A stretch of DNA of 61,550 nucleotides from Vicugna vicugna (Eukaryota), in assembly GCA_013265495.1 (NCBI GenBank), contig MU057386.1:3075-64624 (forward strand), read 5' to 3'. Below are positions 36,651-50,169 of the stretch, piece by piece. Position 1 is the first letter of the stretch; the number at the start of each line of letters is the position of its first letter. A model generated the notes under the pieces. That model ran no database searches. It was not told the origin of the DNA and saw only the letters and a program-made list of their open reading frames with translations. A program made the translations under genes and the position numbers.

Positions 36651-37931
36651 GGTGTTTTTAGTGTTTCAGATTTTAACCACTTTAATAGGTGTATAGTGGG
36701 ATCTCACTGTTGTTTAAATTTGCAATTCCCTAATGACACATGATGTTTGAATACCTTTTTACATGTTTGTCTGATACGTTACCACCTTTGGCGAAGTGTC
36801 TGTTAAGGTCTTTTGTCCATTTTTTAATTGGAATGTTCATTTTCTTATCATTGAGTATTACCAGTCTTTTTTATATTTTGGATAACAGTCCTTTAACAGA
36901 TATGTCTTTTGCTATAATTTTCCCCTATTCTGTGGCTTGTCTTCTCATTCTCTTGGCATTGTCTTTCACAGAGCAGAAGTTTTTAATTTTAATGAAGTCC
37001 AGCTTATCAATTATTTATATCATGAATCTATCCTTAGTGTTATATCTAAAAAGCCATCATCATACCCAAGGTCATCTAGGTTTTCTCCTATGATATCTTC
37101 TAGGAGTTTTATATTTTTGCATTTTGCATTTTACATGTAGGTCTGTAAACCATTTTGAGTTACTTTTTGTGAAGAGTTAAGGACTGTGTCTAAATTCTTT
37201 TTTTTTTTTGGCATACGTATCATATGGAAGTCCAATTGTTCTAGCATAATTTGTTGAAAATACTATATTTGCTCCATTGTGTTGCCTTTGTTTCTTTGTC
37301 AGAAATAATTTGACTATATTTGTGTGGATCTATTTCTGAACTCTCTATTTTATTCCATTAACATATTTATCTATTTTTCACCAACATCACATTGTCTCGA
37401 TAAATGTAGCTTTACAGGAAGTCTTGAAGTCAGGTACTGTCAGTCCTCTGACTTTGTAATTCTCCTTCAGTATTGAGTTGGCTATTCTGAGTCTTTTGCC
37501 TCTCCATATAAACTTTAGCATAAGTTTGTCAATATGAACCAAATAACTTTCTGGGACTTTATTTTCATTTTCATTAAATTCAAAATATTTCAAAAATTGA
37601 GATATTGTCTTTGACCCATGTGTTATCTAGAAGTGTGTTGTTTAATCTCCAAGTATTTGGGGATTTTCCAGCTATCTTTCTGTTATTAATTTCCAGTTTA
37701 ACTTCACTATGATCTGAGAGCATGCACTGTATGATTTCTATTCTTTTAAATTTGGTGTGGCTTGTTTTGTGGCCCAGAATATGGTCCATCTTAGTGAATG
37801 TTCCATGTGACCTTGAGAAGAATATATAATCTGCTGTTGTTGGATAAGGTGGTCTATAGATGTCAGTTATATCCAGTTGATTGTGCTGGTGAGTTCAGCT
37901 ATGTCCTTATTAATTTTCTGTTTGCTGGATC

Positions 37932-38589
37932 TGTCCATTTTGGATAGAGGAGTGTTGACGTTTCCGGCTATGATCATGGATTTATTTATTTCTCCTTGCA
38001 GTTCTATCAGTTTTTGCCTCATGTATTTTGACATTCTGTTGTTAGGTGCATACACATTAAACATTGTTATGTCTTCTTGGGAGTATTGACCCCTCTGTCA
38101 TTATGCAATGCCCCTCTTTACCCCTGGTAGTTGTCCTTACTCAGAAGTCTGTTCTGTCTGAAATTAATGTAACTAATACCACATTATTTTCATTAATGTT
38201 ATCATGGTATGTATTTCTCCATCTCTTTAATTTTAACCAATATGTATCTTTATATTTAAATGCCCATTTTGGATAGAGGAGTGTTGAAGTTTCTGGCTAT
38301 GATCATGGATTGATTTATTTCTCCTTGCAGTTCTATCAGTTTTTGCCTCATGTATTTTGACATTCTGTTGTTAGGTGCATACACATTAAACATTGTTATG
38401 TCTTCTTGGGAGTATTGACCCCTCTGTCATTATGCAATGCCCCTCTTTACCCCTGGTAGTTGTCCTTACTCAGAAGTCTGTTCTGTCTGAAATTAATGTA
38501 ACTAATACCACATTATTTTCATTAATGTTATCATGGTATGTATTTCTCCATCTCTTTAATTTTAACCAATATGTATCTTTATATTTAAA
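37932..38589. repeat. 329-bp tandem duplication within L1
   Basis: 37932-38260 vs 38261-38589; 4 mismatches seen, all in the first ~55 bp; ORFs at 38064 and 38393 are identical apart from the last residues. Confidence 0.95.
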
Positions 38590-39254
38590 GAGTTTTTTGT
38601 AGTTAGGCCTTATTTTCTGGTCTGCTCTGACAATCTCTGCCTTTTAATTGGTGTATTTAAATCATTGATATTTAAGGTGATTAGTGCTAAAATTGGATCA
38701 ATATTTACCACCTTTGTTACGGTTTTCTATTTGTTGCCTTTATCTTTTGCTTCATTTTTATCTTCCACAATTTTTCTGCCTTTTGTGGTCTTAACTGAGC
38801 ATTTTATATGGTTCCATCTTCTCTCATTTCTTACTATTTCAATCATGCTACTTTTTAAAACTTTTTTCCAGTTTTACTGAGATATAATTGACATATATCA
38901 CTGTATAAGTTTAAGGTGTAACAGCATAATAGTTTGACTTAAATATATTGTGAAATGACTACCTCAATATGCTAAGTTAGCATTTCATAAAGATACAATA
39001 AGAAGAAGAAGCAAAGCAAGAAAAAAAAGCTTTTTCTTTGTGATGTGAACTCTAGGGATTTACTCTCTTAACAACTTTCCTATATATTATACAGCATTGC
39101 TAGTCATTATGTTGTATATTACATTCCTAGTATGTTTTTGTCTTACAATTGGAAGTATATATCTTTTGACCACCTTCATCCAGTTCTCCCTCTCCCCAGC
39201 TCTCACCTCTGGTAACCACAAACCTGATCTCTTTTTCAATGAGTTTGGTGGTTT

Positions 39255-39645
39255 TTTATTTATTTATTTTTTAAATTTGTATTCAAGTGTAGTTGATTTA
39301 CAAAGTTAGTTTTAGGTGTATAGCAAAGTTATTCAGTTAAACAGATACATACATATACATATTTTCTTTTCAGAATCTTTTCCATTATATGTTACTATAA
39401 GAAATTGAATATAGTTTCCTGTGCTATACAATAGGCCCTTGTTTATCTGTGTCATAGATAGTAATGTGTGTCTGTAGGACAAATATCATATGATATCACT
39501 TATATGTGGAATATAAAAAACAAAAACTGATACAAATTCTATTTACAAACCAAAAACAGGCTCATGGACATAGAAAACAAACTATGGTTGCCAAAGGGGA
39601 AAGGGTGGGGAGGGATAAATTAGGGGTTGGGGATTAACAGACACA
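39255..39645 (-). mobile_element. Short 5'-inverted (twin-primed) L1 3' end
   Basis: Minus-strand terminal part 39255-39475 joined to plus-strand upstream 3' UTR 39476-39645; both end at the same acagacaca position. Confidence 0.8.
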
Positions 39646-39778
39646 TGTTTGTTTTAGAATCCACACATAAACGAGTTCATATAGTATTTGTCTTTCTCAG
39701 CTTGACTTAGCATAATGCCCTCAGGTTCCCTCCACATTGTTGCAAATGGCATCATTTCCTTGGTTTTTTTTATGGCTG

Positions 39779-39780
39779 AT

Positions 39781-39819
<39 letters not shown>

Positions 39820-39820
39820 T
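39779..39820. repeat. (ATTT)n microsatellite
   Basis: About 10 units. Confidence 0.95.
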
Positions 39821-42800
39821 ACACCATATATATATACCACAACTTCTCTATCCATTCTTCTGTCAGTGGGCACTTTGGTTGTTTCCATGTCTTGGCTACT
39901 GTAAATAATGCTGCTCTGAATATGGGGGTGAAGACACCTTTTCTAGTTAGTGTTTTTGTTTCCTTTGGATATATTTCTGAAAGTGGTATTGCTGGATCAT
40001 ATGGTAGTTCTATTTTTAATTTTTAAAATGATCTTCCATACTGTTTTTCATAGTGGCTGTACCAATTTACAATCCCACCAACAGTGAACATGGGTTCCCT
40101 TTTTTCCACATCTGTGCCAGCATTTATCGCTTGCCTTTTTTCATGATGGCCATTCTAACAGGTGTGAGGAGTTATTTCATTGTGATTTTAACTGGCATTT
40201 CCCTAATTACTAGTGATGTTGAGCATCTTTTCATGTACCTGTTGGCCATTCATATGTAGTCTTTGGAAGAAATGTCTACTCAGGTCATATGCTCATTTTT
40301 TAATTAAATTATTTGGGCTTTTTTTTGCTATGGAGTCATACAAGTTCTTTATATATTTTGGATATGAACCCCTTATCAGATATATGGTTTGCAAATATTA
40401 TTTTTTTATTCTATAGGTTGTCTTTTAACTTTGTTGATTTTCTCTTGCTGTGCAGATACTTTTTAGTTTGATGTAGTCCCACTTGTTTATTTTGTACTTT
40501 GTTGCTTTTGTTTTAGGTGTCTTATTCAAAAAATCATTGCCAACACTAAAACTTTCTTTAGTGGTTGCCATAGAGTTTCTAACATACATTTACATCCAAC
40601 ATTAGTCCACTTTAATAACACTTCAATAACACTATACCACTCCCTCTTTTCCCTTGCGTTATTCCTGTCATTCATTCTACTTCTACATAAATATATGTAA
40701 TATGTGAATACATTTAAAAATTTACCTTTACTTATTCATTTCTTTATTTAGAAATACTATATAAAATTCTTGATTTCTTTATGTAGATTCAAGTTCCTGA
40801 CCTATACCATTTTCCTTCCTTCCTTCTGAAGAACTTCTTTTAACATTTCCCACAAGGCATATTCACTGGCAACAAATTTCCTCAATGTTTGTTTCCCTGA
40901 GAAAGTATTTCTTCTTCACTTTGAAGGATAATTTTGCAGAAGACAGGATTCTAAGCTGTTGGGGTTTTTTCCTCTCTCAGCACTTTAAATATTTCACTAC
41001 ACTTTCTTCTTGTTTGCATGGCTTCTGAGTAAAAAGGTGGATGTAATTCTTATCTTTGCTCCTCTATAAATAAGGTGTTTTTTCCATCCAGCTTCTTGCA
41101 AGATTTTTCTTTATCTTTGAATTTCTGAAGTTTTAATATGATATGCTGAGGTGCAGTCGTCTAAATTTTTTTACATTTATCCTTCTTGGTGGTCTCTAAA
41201 GTTTCTGAAGCTGTAGTCTTGTGTCCGACATTATTTTGAAGAAATTTGCAGTCATTATCACTTGAATATTTATTATGTTCCTTTCTTTCTTCTTATATTC
41301 CAATTACACATGTATTACTCATTTTGTAGTTGTCTCACAGTTCTCACAGAATATTCTATTGTTTTTTTTTCCGTCTTTTTTTATCTTTGCTTTTCAGATT
41401 TGTAAGTTTCCATTGTCACATTTTCAAGCTCAGAGATTCTTCCCCCAACCATGTCAAGTCTACTCATGAACCCATAAGACACTTCTTCATTTCTGTTACA
41501 ATGTTTTTGATCTCTAATGTTTCTCAGTGATTCTTAAAATTTCCATCTCTCTGTTTACACTCTTCATCTGTTCTTGCACATTGTCTACTTTTTACATTAA
41601 AGCATTTAACATACTGATCATAGTTTTGTTTTTTTAATTCCTGGTCTGATAATTCCAACATTCCTGCTATATCTGATTCTGGGTCTGAGGTTTGTTTAGT
41701 CTCTTCAAACTGTGTTTTTTGCCTTTTGTATGTCTTTTAATTTTTTTGAAATGGGGACATGATGTACTTGGTAAAAGGTGTAAATGGATGTAAATTTGTC
41801 TTTAATAATGCAGTGGTAAGGTGCGTGGACAGGGGAAACATTGTATAGTCCTATGATTAGATCTATCTTTTGTTGAGCTTGCACCCCTGGATTACAAACT
41901 TCAACAATGCACCTCATTTTATTTTTCCCCCTCTTATGTGGGACAGCATAGCTAGAGGGGGCCGAAGTTGGGTATTTCTCTTTCTCCACATGAAAGGCTA
42001 GGGAAGCTAGAGTTGGATATTTCTTTTCCCCTTGTTAGGTGAGCTTCTGATAAAACCTCAGCAGATTAGATTGTGGTAAAATAATTTCTTCTGAGGGCAG
42101 GCTTTCTTTCAAAGAAGAGAATGCTCTGGTGTATTTCAAAGTGGTTGTTTGTCTACTCCCCTTGCCAGAAGCACACAGGGATTTTTCTCCAATATTTACT
42201 ATGAAGGTTTGGTGGAGCTCCTAGAGGTAAAATTTACAAAAGTGTGCAGATTCCATCTATGACTGGGTTCCCCTGGAGCTTTTCATTCTCAAAGTTGTTC
42301 ACACTGAGTCTCCAGCAATTTATCAATTCCAGTTCAAATTTTCCTTTTCTGGTCATAGTTCCGATGGAGGATTGTGCTTGTGGGTTTCTGCTCTTATAAA
42401 TTAATTGTAATTCTCTGTAGCTGCCTGTTTGGCTCTCCAATTTGGGAGGCAGCAGTTTGCCCTGTAACTTCACTTCTCTGACAGATCTAAGAACTGTTGA
42501 TTTTTCAGTTTGTTCAGCCTTTTACTTGCTAGATCAGAGTGGTGAATTCTAAGCTCCTTATGTGCTGAACTGGAAACTCATCTTTGACAAGCTTAAAGGG
42601 GGAAAGTTTATCCATATGATCAAAAATGAAAATTGTATGTTGAATATAAACATTCCAAATAGCAGCAAAATGGGACATTTTTTTCTTGGAAGCTGAAAAA
42701 AACTTGCAAAAGTAAATGAGGTCTTGTTTATGTGAAAATCCTAATTTAGAATGTCTACAATATATCTTGGTTATAGCCTTTCACAGGACATAACTATAAT

Positions 42801-44225
42801 AATAATACAAAAAATCTTCATATCTGTAAAGCACATATTTGTCTTTATTTTTTTATATCTCTTTGTTACTATTTAAAAACAGAAATCTGATTTCTTTGCC
42901 CAAGCCAAGAAAATAAGGGCAATGTGAATGAAACAGTTTAGTAAGTGAGTGGATTTTGGATTTTTTTTAAACATAATACAGGGAATAATACTAAAAAAGT
43001 TCTCTAAACTAAACCAGTCTGCAAACCAGCAATCAAAGATTTCAAAAAGACATTCATGTAAAACAACGCAACCTTAAATGATTGCATATACCTCAAAACA
43101 AGACAAAACCAAAAAAAAAAAAAAAAAAGCTTTTACCAAAAGAGTAAAGACAAATGGGAGCCAAGTCCTTCAATGCTGAAAAAAAAAAAGGCATTTTGTA
43201 TGGAGTGCTGTAATAACAAATTTCATTTATCCTCCAGGACATAAAAAATTTCAATTCTCAACTCTTCTTGTTGCCTCTCCAGAGTTATCACATCTCATCC
43301 AATAAGTAGAAAGGATAAATCTCAGCCAGTTCAATAAACTACAAGCTGGAACAATAACCAATAGATGAAATTATTTTTCTAAATTGAAATGCACTGCCTA
43401 TCTTTGTTTGCCAAACAAACCTATCTTTAGTTTTTTTTTTTTAAGATTTTTTTAATGGTAAGAAGTGAATAAAGCTAATTTGAAAAAAAGGTGCTTTTAT
43501 AATTAAAAGGAAGGGGGAGATAAATATATGCTGATAAAATAGACTGATGCAGGAGAGAACAAAACTATAATGATGAACAATTGTCTTTTCTTTCCATAGA
43601 TTGTATAATAAAAAGAATTTCAGAACAGTGATTACCCTGATGTCAGGATAAGGGCAAGCATAGGGAATTGAAGGGGAAAGTAATTGCAAAGGGAGAACAG
43701 AGGGGCTTTCAACTGTATTTGTGGTATTTTATTTTCTAAGCTAGTAAGTGGAGGTTTATTTAATTATTCTTTATGCTTTTTGTATATCTTAAATATTTCA
43801 CAATAAATCTTTTAAATTACACCTAAAACAGGGGGATCTAAAATTACTTGAAAAGATCATCTCCCTTCATTCTCCCTACCTTTAGGCAACATCATACCAA
43901 AACCACACTGCAAAAGCCATCAGGTTCTTATACATTTCTGTGAAAGCCAGACACACAGCATATTTTGTCATTTTAGTGGCTATCGATTCATCTGGTCAGT
44001 GGAAGTTATAAAAAATTAAATGAACCTTCTCTAGCCTTAAGGCTATTGCTCTTTTTCCTAATTGTTTCAAAGCCTTATTTTTCTGTGACATTTGTTCTTT
44101 TGAGATAAAGGCGTGTTAAAATGCAAAGGTTTTCTGAGAGAGCTGTATAAAGATATGAGAAAGTTTTAATCGGGAAAAATGTTAGAATGATGGAAGGGAT
44201 CATTATTTGCTAGCAGGTTTCAGGC

Positions 44226-44570
44226 TGTGGTGGACATGTGGGGAATACTTGCCATATCCATGTCCCTCCCTTTGGAAGCAGCCCCCATACTCCTAACTGA
44301 GAGATTGCTTATGCCAAATCCACACCTCTTCCCCAACATAGGCAAGCCAATAGGATTCTTTCCCTATAAGTTAAACTAATCAATTTGTAGACTGCTAATT
44401 GCAGAATCTTAAAAGTGAACGAGGGCATCAATTTTTAGGCCATGTGCATTAAAGAGCAGGAGGGAGATCTGCACAGAGAAACAGGAGAAAGAAGCAGATG
44501 TCAAGGATAAACTGAGATAAAAGATCAGGTGGCCCCAAAGAGGTACAATAGCTAGATTTTTTCCTTATAA
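44226..44570 (+). mobile_element. Old ERVL LTR fragment (LTR16/LTR33-like)
   Basis: tgtggtggac start, agccaataggattctttccct, ggccatgtg...cagagaaacaggag. Confidence 0.45.
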
Positions 44571-44589
44571 ATACTCAGATCATACAGAG

Positions 44590-44950
44590 GCATATGTTAA
44601 AGACTTTGGTAATTGTTCTGAATGATATTGCAAGCAAGTGAAGGGGTTTTAGCAAGGAATTTATATGATTAGGCTTAGATTTTGAAACGATCACCTCAGA
44701 TGTTCTAAGGAGAGGAGTGCACAGGGGCTGGAGACTGATATAGTGAGGCCAGTAATGAGCCAACTGCAATCATCCAAATGAGAGTTAACGGTGCCTTGGA
44801 CCAAGGTGTAGGTGTAAAAAGTGGTCAGATTGTTTATATAGTGTGAAGGGAGAGCCAGCAAGAGTGCCTGATGAATTTGATGTGATGTATGAGTGAAAAG
44901 AAGCTGTCAAAGATGATGCCAAAATTTTAGATGAGCAACTGAAAGAGTTA
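44590..44950 (-). mobile_element. LINE-2 fragment
   Basis: ttttgaaacgatcac...gtgccttggaccaaggt...gtcaaagatgatgccaa. Confidence 0.75.
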
Positions 44951-45175
44951 GTAATAAGACTAGCAAAGACATATTACATTCAAGGTGAGGAACAGACTTT
45001 CTTACATTACTAGAGAGAGTATTAGTTGAGACAACATCTGTAGAAACCAATTTGGCAAGTCACAATTGCTTTTAACAGTATGCCCATCAATTTCCTTCAA
45101 GGAATTTATTCTACAGATACAGTTACACATGTATGAAATGCCTAATGTAAAAAGTTACATTGCAGTCATCAAGAA

Positions 45176-46092
45176 TGTAGCCATTGTGGAAAACAGTATG
45201 GAGATTCCTCAAAAGACTAGGAATAGACTTACCCTATGACCCAGGAATCCCACTCCTGGGCATGTATCCAGAAGGAACCCTACTTCAGAAAGATACCTGC
45301 ACCCCAATGTTCATAGCAGCACTATGTACAACAGCCAAGACATGGAAACAGCCTAAATGTGTGTCAACAAATGACTGGATAAAGAAGTTGTAGTATATTT
45401 ATACAATGGAATACTATTCAGCTATTAAAAATGACAAAATAATGCCATTTGCAGAAACATGGATATCATTCTAAGTGAATATCATTCTAAGTGAAGTAAG
45501 CCAGAAAGAGAAAGAAAAATACCACATGATATCACTCACATGTGGAATTTAAAAGAAGAAGAAGAAGAAGACGACGATGATGACAAATGAACTTAAATAT
45601 AAAACAGAAACAGACTCATAGACATAGAATAAAAACTTGTGGTTGCCAGGGGGGAGGGGAGTGGGAAAGGACAGACTGGGAGTTCGAAATTTGTAGATAT
45701 TGATAAGTATATATAGAATAGATTAAAAGAAGAAGAAGAAGAAGACAACGATGATGACAAATGAACTTAAATATAAAACAGAAACAGACTCATAGACATA
45801 GAATAAAAACTTGTGGTTGCCAGGGGGGAGGGGAGTGGGAAAGGACAGACTGGGAGTTCGAAATTTGTAGATATTGATAAGTATATATAGAATAGAAGAC
45901 AAGTTTATACTGTATAGCACAGGGAAATACATACAAGATCTTGTGATAGCTCACAGTGAAAAACAATGCGGTAATGAATATATGTATGTTCATGTATGAT
46001 TGAAAAATTGTGCTTGACACTAGAAATTGACACAACATTGTAAACTGACTACAACTCAATAAAATAAAGTAAAATTAAATTAAATTAAAAAA
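45176..46092 (+). mobile_element. Young camelid L1 3' end (ORF2 C-terminus plus 3' UTR)
   Basis: [28 protein letters not shown]...CTPMFIAAL; gggacagactgggagttcgaaatttgtagata; A-rich tail. Confidence 0.92.
45551..45895. repeat. 174-bp tandem duplication in L1 3' UTR
   Basis: Copies start at 45551 and 45725; one mismatch seen (acgacg/acaacg) near the start. Confidence 0.92.
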
Positions 46093-47514
46093 GTAGAAGT
46101 TGAATAAAGTACAGGATATATTTGTATAATGGAACATTGTGCATCCATAAAATAGAATGAGGGAGTATTTCATATGTGTATCTAGAAAGCTCTCCAAAAT
46201 ATATTAAGTGGAAAAAGTAGATACAGAAGAGTGTGATTAGTATAGTACCGTTTGTGTAAAAAGAATAAGGAGTGAGATTAAGATATATAGGCATGAACTT
46301 GCTTTTATTTGAAGTAAATATGCCTGGAATGACATAAACCAAATAATAATAATATTTGTATTATGTGAAAAGGGAGGGCAGCTAGGGACAGAAGCAGAAA
46401 ATGATCATTATACCCCTTTTCATTTTTTTGAATTTTGAAACATGTGAATGTGCTATTCATATAAAAAAATTAAAATTCACTGTGTGGGTTTACTACAGCT
46501 ACACAGACAGTAAATTCATAGCAACTTGGGAAAATGTGAAAGAGGAAAATTAAAAACCTAGAGTGATTTTATTGAATTACAGAAAAAAAAATGATCATAC
46601 TAAATAAAGAATCAGATGAGAATGTGTCCTTGTCACCACTGCTACCAGTTAATATGGTTCCAGCTTTGTTTATGATAAAATTGTTTGAAAGGTCAACATA
46701 TGCAACACTTTAAAACCTTGCTGTGTGAATATCTGTAATATTTTATTGTGAAGTGTTTTGATTTTTATTTATAAAACACAGTAACATATTTTATAAGTAA
46801 AGATTTTTATTAATCTAGGTCAATGTTTAATCTTATTCACTCTAGCTTATTCATACCAAAAAAAGTACTTGAAAAGGAGCAACTTGATACAGAAATATTA
46901 AACTTTGGTCCTTTATATTATTAGAAAATTTTACTAGTTAATACAAATTCAACATTTTTAATATATTTATATGAAGAAGAATACTATTTTTTTAGTAATT
47001 CACATAATTATGTTCAGTTATGTTGCTAGAATTCGTAGAAAATATATTGACAATTCTTTTTCCTAAGAAAAGTTTCAGTCATTAATGCAGAGTAAAGAAT
47101 GTCTAAATGTAGTTTCATTTACTGATGATTACTTCTCTTAATAAAATCCTACTGGTTTCACTCAAATTTGAAGGAAGTTGTGCGTGTATGCATGTGTGCT
47201 TCAAATACTGCAGCTCTTGTTCTAATAACTGTACATACAAAAGAACTATCATTAATGGTATCTGAAGTAAGTTAGACCTCAATTTTGTTGAAATACTGAG
47301 AGAAAAATCTTAAAGATGCAACAGTCCAAACCGGAATTCAAAGCAAATATTTCTTACAGCACACTTTAACTTATATATGAGGACAAAACAGGATTGATGG
47401 GGGATAAAATTTGAATCAATTTTAAAATTCCAAAGGTGATATGTGTTTATGTCTCCACCTCTTCCCTCCCACTGCATGCCCAGCCCTGCCAGTGAGATTA
47501 AAAATAGATCCAAA

Positions 47515-47670
47515 GATAATGTGGTATAGTGGAAAGAGCATGAACCTTGGCTTCACAGTCAGAATGATCTGGGTTTGAATATTATTTCCACCACTTTGGA
47601 CACTTGGGACTTGGGATGAGATACATTTCTGAGTCAGTTTCCTCACCTATAAAATAAAAATAATAGAAAT
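47515..47670 (+). mobile_element. MIR
   Basis: gtggtatagtggaaagagcatg...ctgggtttgaat...ctgagtcagtttcctcacctataaaat. Confidence 0.85.
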
Positions 47671-49151
47671 GAGTAGGTTCTTTTCCAGATGCTGCTGTTA
47701 GTGTAAGGTAGTAGTAAAAGAAAAAAATCTCTAAGGTATTATATTTTGGTTTGAACATGGTTACAGTTTTTAGTTAATGTTTGGATATGTCTTATAGGAA
47801 ATGAATTTGGAAAAACCTTAGATACCACGTAAAGAGATGGGAAGAAAGAAGCTGGAGAATCAAGTTGCTCAGCTGCACCATGTCTAGTCTGCACACCAGG
47901 AGAGACATACAGTCAGAATAGCAAAGGAACTTTTAAGCATTTTACTAACTGAGCTCAAAATATTCTTGAAAAGAAAAAGAGACTTTTTTTCTAAATTAAC
48001 TAGTTGAAAAAGAAAGGCTATTAATTGGTTTAAAAATAAGGATAGTCCATACATGACATTTTCAAGACCACAGTGGGTACTATTGGGAATGACTACATGT
48101 TCACATTTTTAACTTCACTTCTTTTGACCTCAAAGCTCATTTGTAGAAATGAGTTCTTATTATCCAAAATAATCATATGATCTATCTGAAAAACAGCCTT
48201 TAAGATGTATTCATGGTATACCTTAAAAATACAGTTTTATGTTACTTTTTTGGCAGCAAACATTTAGTTGAATAGAGATGCTAATAACAGATTGCTTCAT
48301 TTCCTTACTTTGTAGTACACCCTGGACATGTTTCTGAAATATCAAAAAGCTTTCAATGAATCTATTGGTTTAAGAAGACTATAGAAAAAACAGCTGTTAT
48401 CTGTCTTTTCCTCCCACCCACTGGAATATTAGAGTTAATTTAGTTTCTATCCTATGCCTGATTGAGATGATTACTCAGAGAGTTAGAGCTAATGATGCAA
48501 GTTTAAACCAGGTGCTGCCTCTCTTCAAGTCACTTTTCTCTAAGCATGTGAATACAGATTTCGAAAACCTCACATGCTCTAAGTGCGGCAGATGACTTGT
48601 CTAAAATGATGCTTTAGCCATCTGGACTGTAGAGTTTTGATCTTGGGTGAATAAGAACAGCTTCATTATTTTCCTTGGAAAAAAATGACCTTTTTTTAGA
48701 CTATAGACTTTTTTGATTTTTAAATCGATGCAAAAATTTTCAAAGATCCAAATGAACACTAAGTCCCTAAAACCCCTGGGCTAAACTCAAGATGAAGAAC
48801 AATGATAGTAGTAAGATGAATAAGGTGACTGTCTTGATCTTTTGAATCTGAATAAACTGAGGCAGACATCATTTAGGATATTCCAGACATGTAAAGCAAT
48901 CTTCAGTGTTAGATTCTGCTTCAACGTTATTGCTTCTTTGTTAGAAAGAGAAAGTTTGCAGTGTTAGCTAATACTTAATTTTTCAAGATAATTATCTAAG
49001 CATCTTTATATCCTTCTACAGACTTTGCCTACATTTTTTTTTTCACTTTACTGATGATTAGTATCTTCACCAGAAAGCAGATAGGAATGGGGAGAAGTGA
49101 TTAAAGTAAATATATCAATTTCAGGTGTAGTTTCTTGAATCCTTTAGAATT

Positions 49152-49326
49152 CAATGGTTCTCAGCCTTGGCTGCACATTATAATCAACCGCAGAGCTTTT
49201 AAAAACTTTAATTCACAGGCTGCTCCCCAGTCCAATGAAATCAATTTCTAGGGGTGAGACCCAGACATCAGTAAATTTTAAAGCTCCCCAGGTGATTCAA
49301 ATGTGCAGCCAACTGAGAACCACTGC
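49152..49326. mobile_element. MER5A-family hAT element, full length
   Basis: TIRs caatggttctca / tgagaaccactg; agctccccaggtgattc. Confidence 0.88.
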
Positions 49327-49489
49327 TCTAACTCCTTCGAAGTAATAAGAAAAGCTTTGATCAGTTGCATTTCTAACAGCAAATTCTTCAGGTTTTGCTT
49401 GTATTTTTTTACAGTTTCTGATTTCTATATTTATGACTGTGGCTACTTTGGTCATTTTAATTGAACTTGTACCTAATGTTATAATTTGT

Positions 49490-49765
49490 TCAGATGTAGT
49501 CTTTTCAGAAAAGCCATCCCTGACCACCCTAAAATAGTCAACCCCACCTTTGTCACTCTCTACTCTCTTGCTCTGTTTAACGTTTATTCACAGCACTCAT
49601 TATTGTCTGACATTTTTACTAGATATTAATGTCTTTATTGTTTATTGTCTGTCATCCTCATTAGAAAATTCAACTCCATGAAAGCAAGTCCCTTGTTTTG
49701 TTCTCCACTATATCCCTAGGACAAAGCCTGGCATGTAATAGACGCTTAAATATTTGTAGAATGCA
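49490..49765 (+). mobile_element. LINE-2 3' end
   Basis: ccatccctgaccacc...ctccatgaaagcaag...gcctggcatgtaatagacgcttaaatatttgtagaatg. Confidence 0.8.
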
Positions 49766-49842
49766 TTACAAACACAGAATCACAAATATTCTATTCTCTT
49801 AATTATTGATATTTTTGATATTAATGCAAAAACTTTTATCTT

Positions 49843-49992
49843 GAGGGGGGAGAAAATAGCTCAAGGGCTAGAGCACATGCTTAGGATGCTCAAGGTCCTG
49901 GGTTCAATCCCCAGTACCTCCTCCAAAAATAATTAAGTAAATAAACCTGATTACCTCCCCCTCCCAGAAAAGAGTAAATTTTAAAAATTTTA
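49843..49992 (+). mobile_element. tRNA-derived camelid SINE (Vic-1-like)
   Basis: atagctcaagggctagagc A box, ggttcaatcc B box, aaataaacctgattacctcccc tail; TSD aaaacttttatcttg/aaaaatttatcttg. Confidence 0.88.
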
Positions 49993-50169
49993 AAAAATTT
50001 ATCTTGCCTTGAGTGATTCAGAGCTGTACATGTGAGAAAATGTATTGCCAAACAGATCGTGCATTCATTGAATACTGCCTTTGTGTTTAGGAGGATGATC
50101 CAGCTACCACTTCCAAGTGAGAATTCCCACCCCAAGGACGATGGCAAAGATCATAACAATACTAACCAT

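Larger units (their letters stand above)
38865..40546 (-). mobile_element. 5'-truncated L1 (L1MA9-like) nested in the L1MC1-like element
   Basis: ttttactgagatataattgacatatatcactgtataagtttaaggtgta 3' end; TSD taaaacttt on both sides. Confidence 0.85.
34911..42580 (-). mobile_element. Near full-length decayed L1 (L1MC1-like 3' end, ORF2 with deletions, ORF1, 5' region) hosting nested insertions
   Basis: ttttagagcagctttaggttcacag...caccagagtggtgcatttgttacaatc 3' end; endonuclease remnants NVYAPNNRMSKYMRQKLIELQGEI and DHILGHK...LSDHSEVKLEI; possible TSD ctctgacaa/ctttgacaa. Confidence 0.85.
44985..46475 (+). mobile_element. Old L1ME-like 3' region, split by a young L1
   Basis: caatttggcaa...ggaatttattctacagata before 45170; resumes after 46092 to tttgaattttgaaacatgtgaatgtg. 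Confidence 0.6.
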
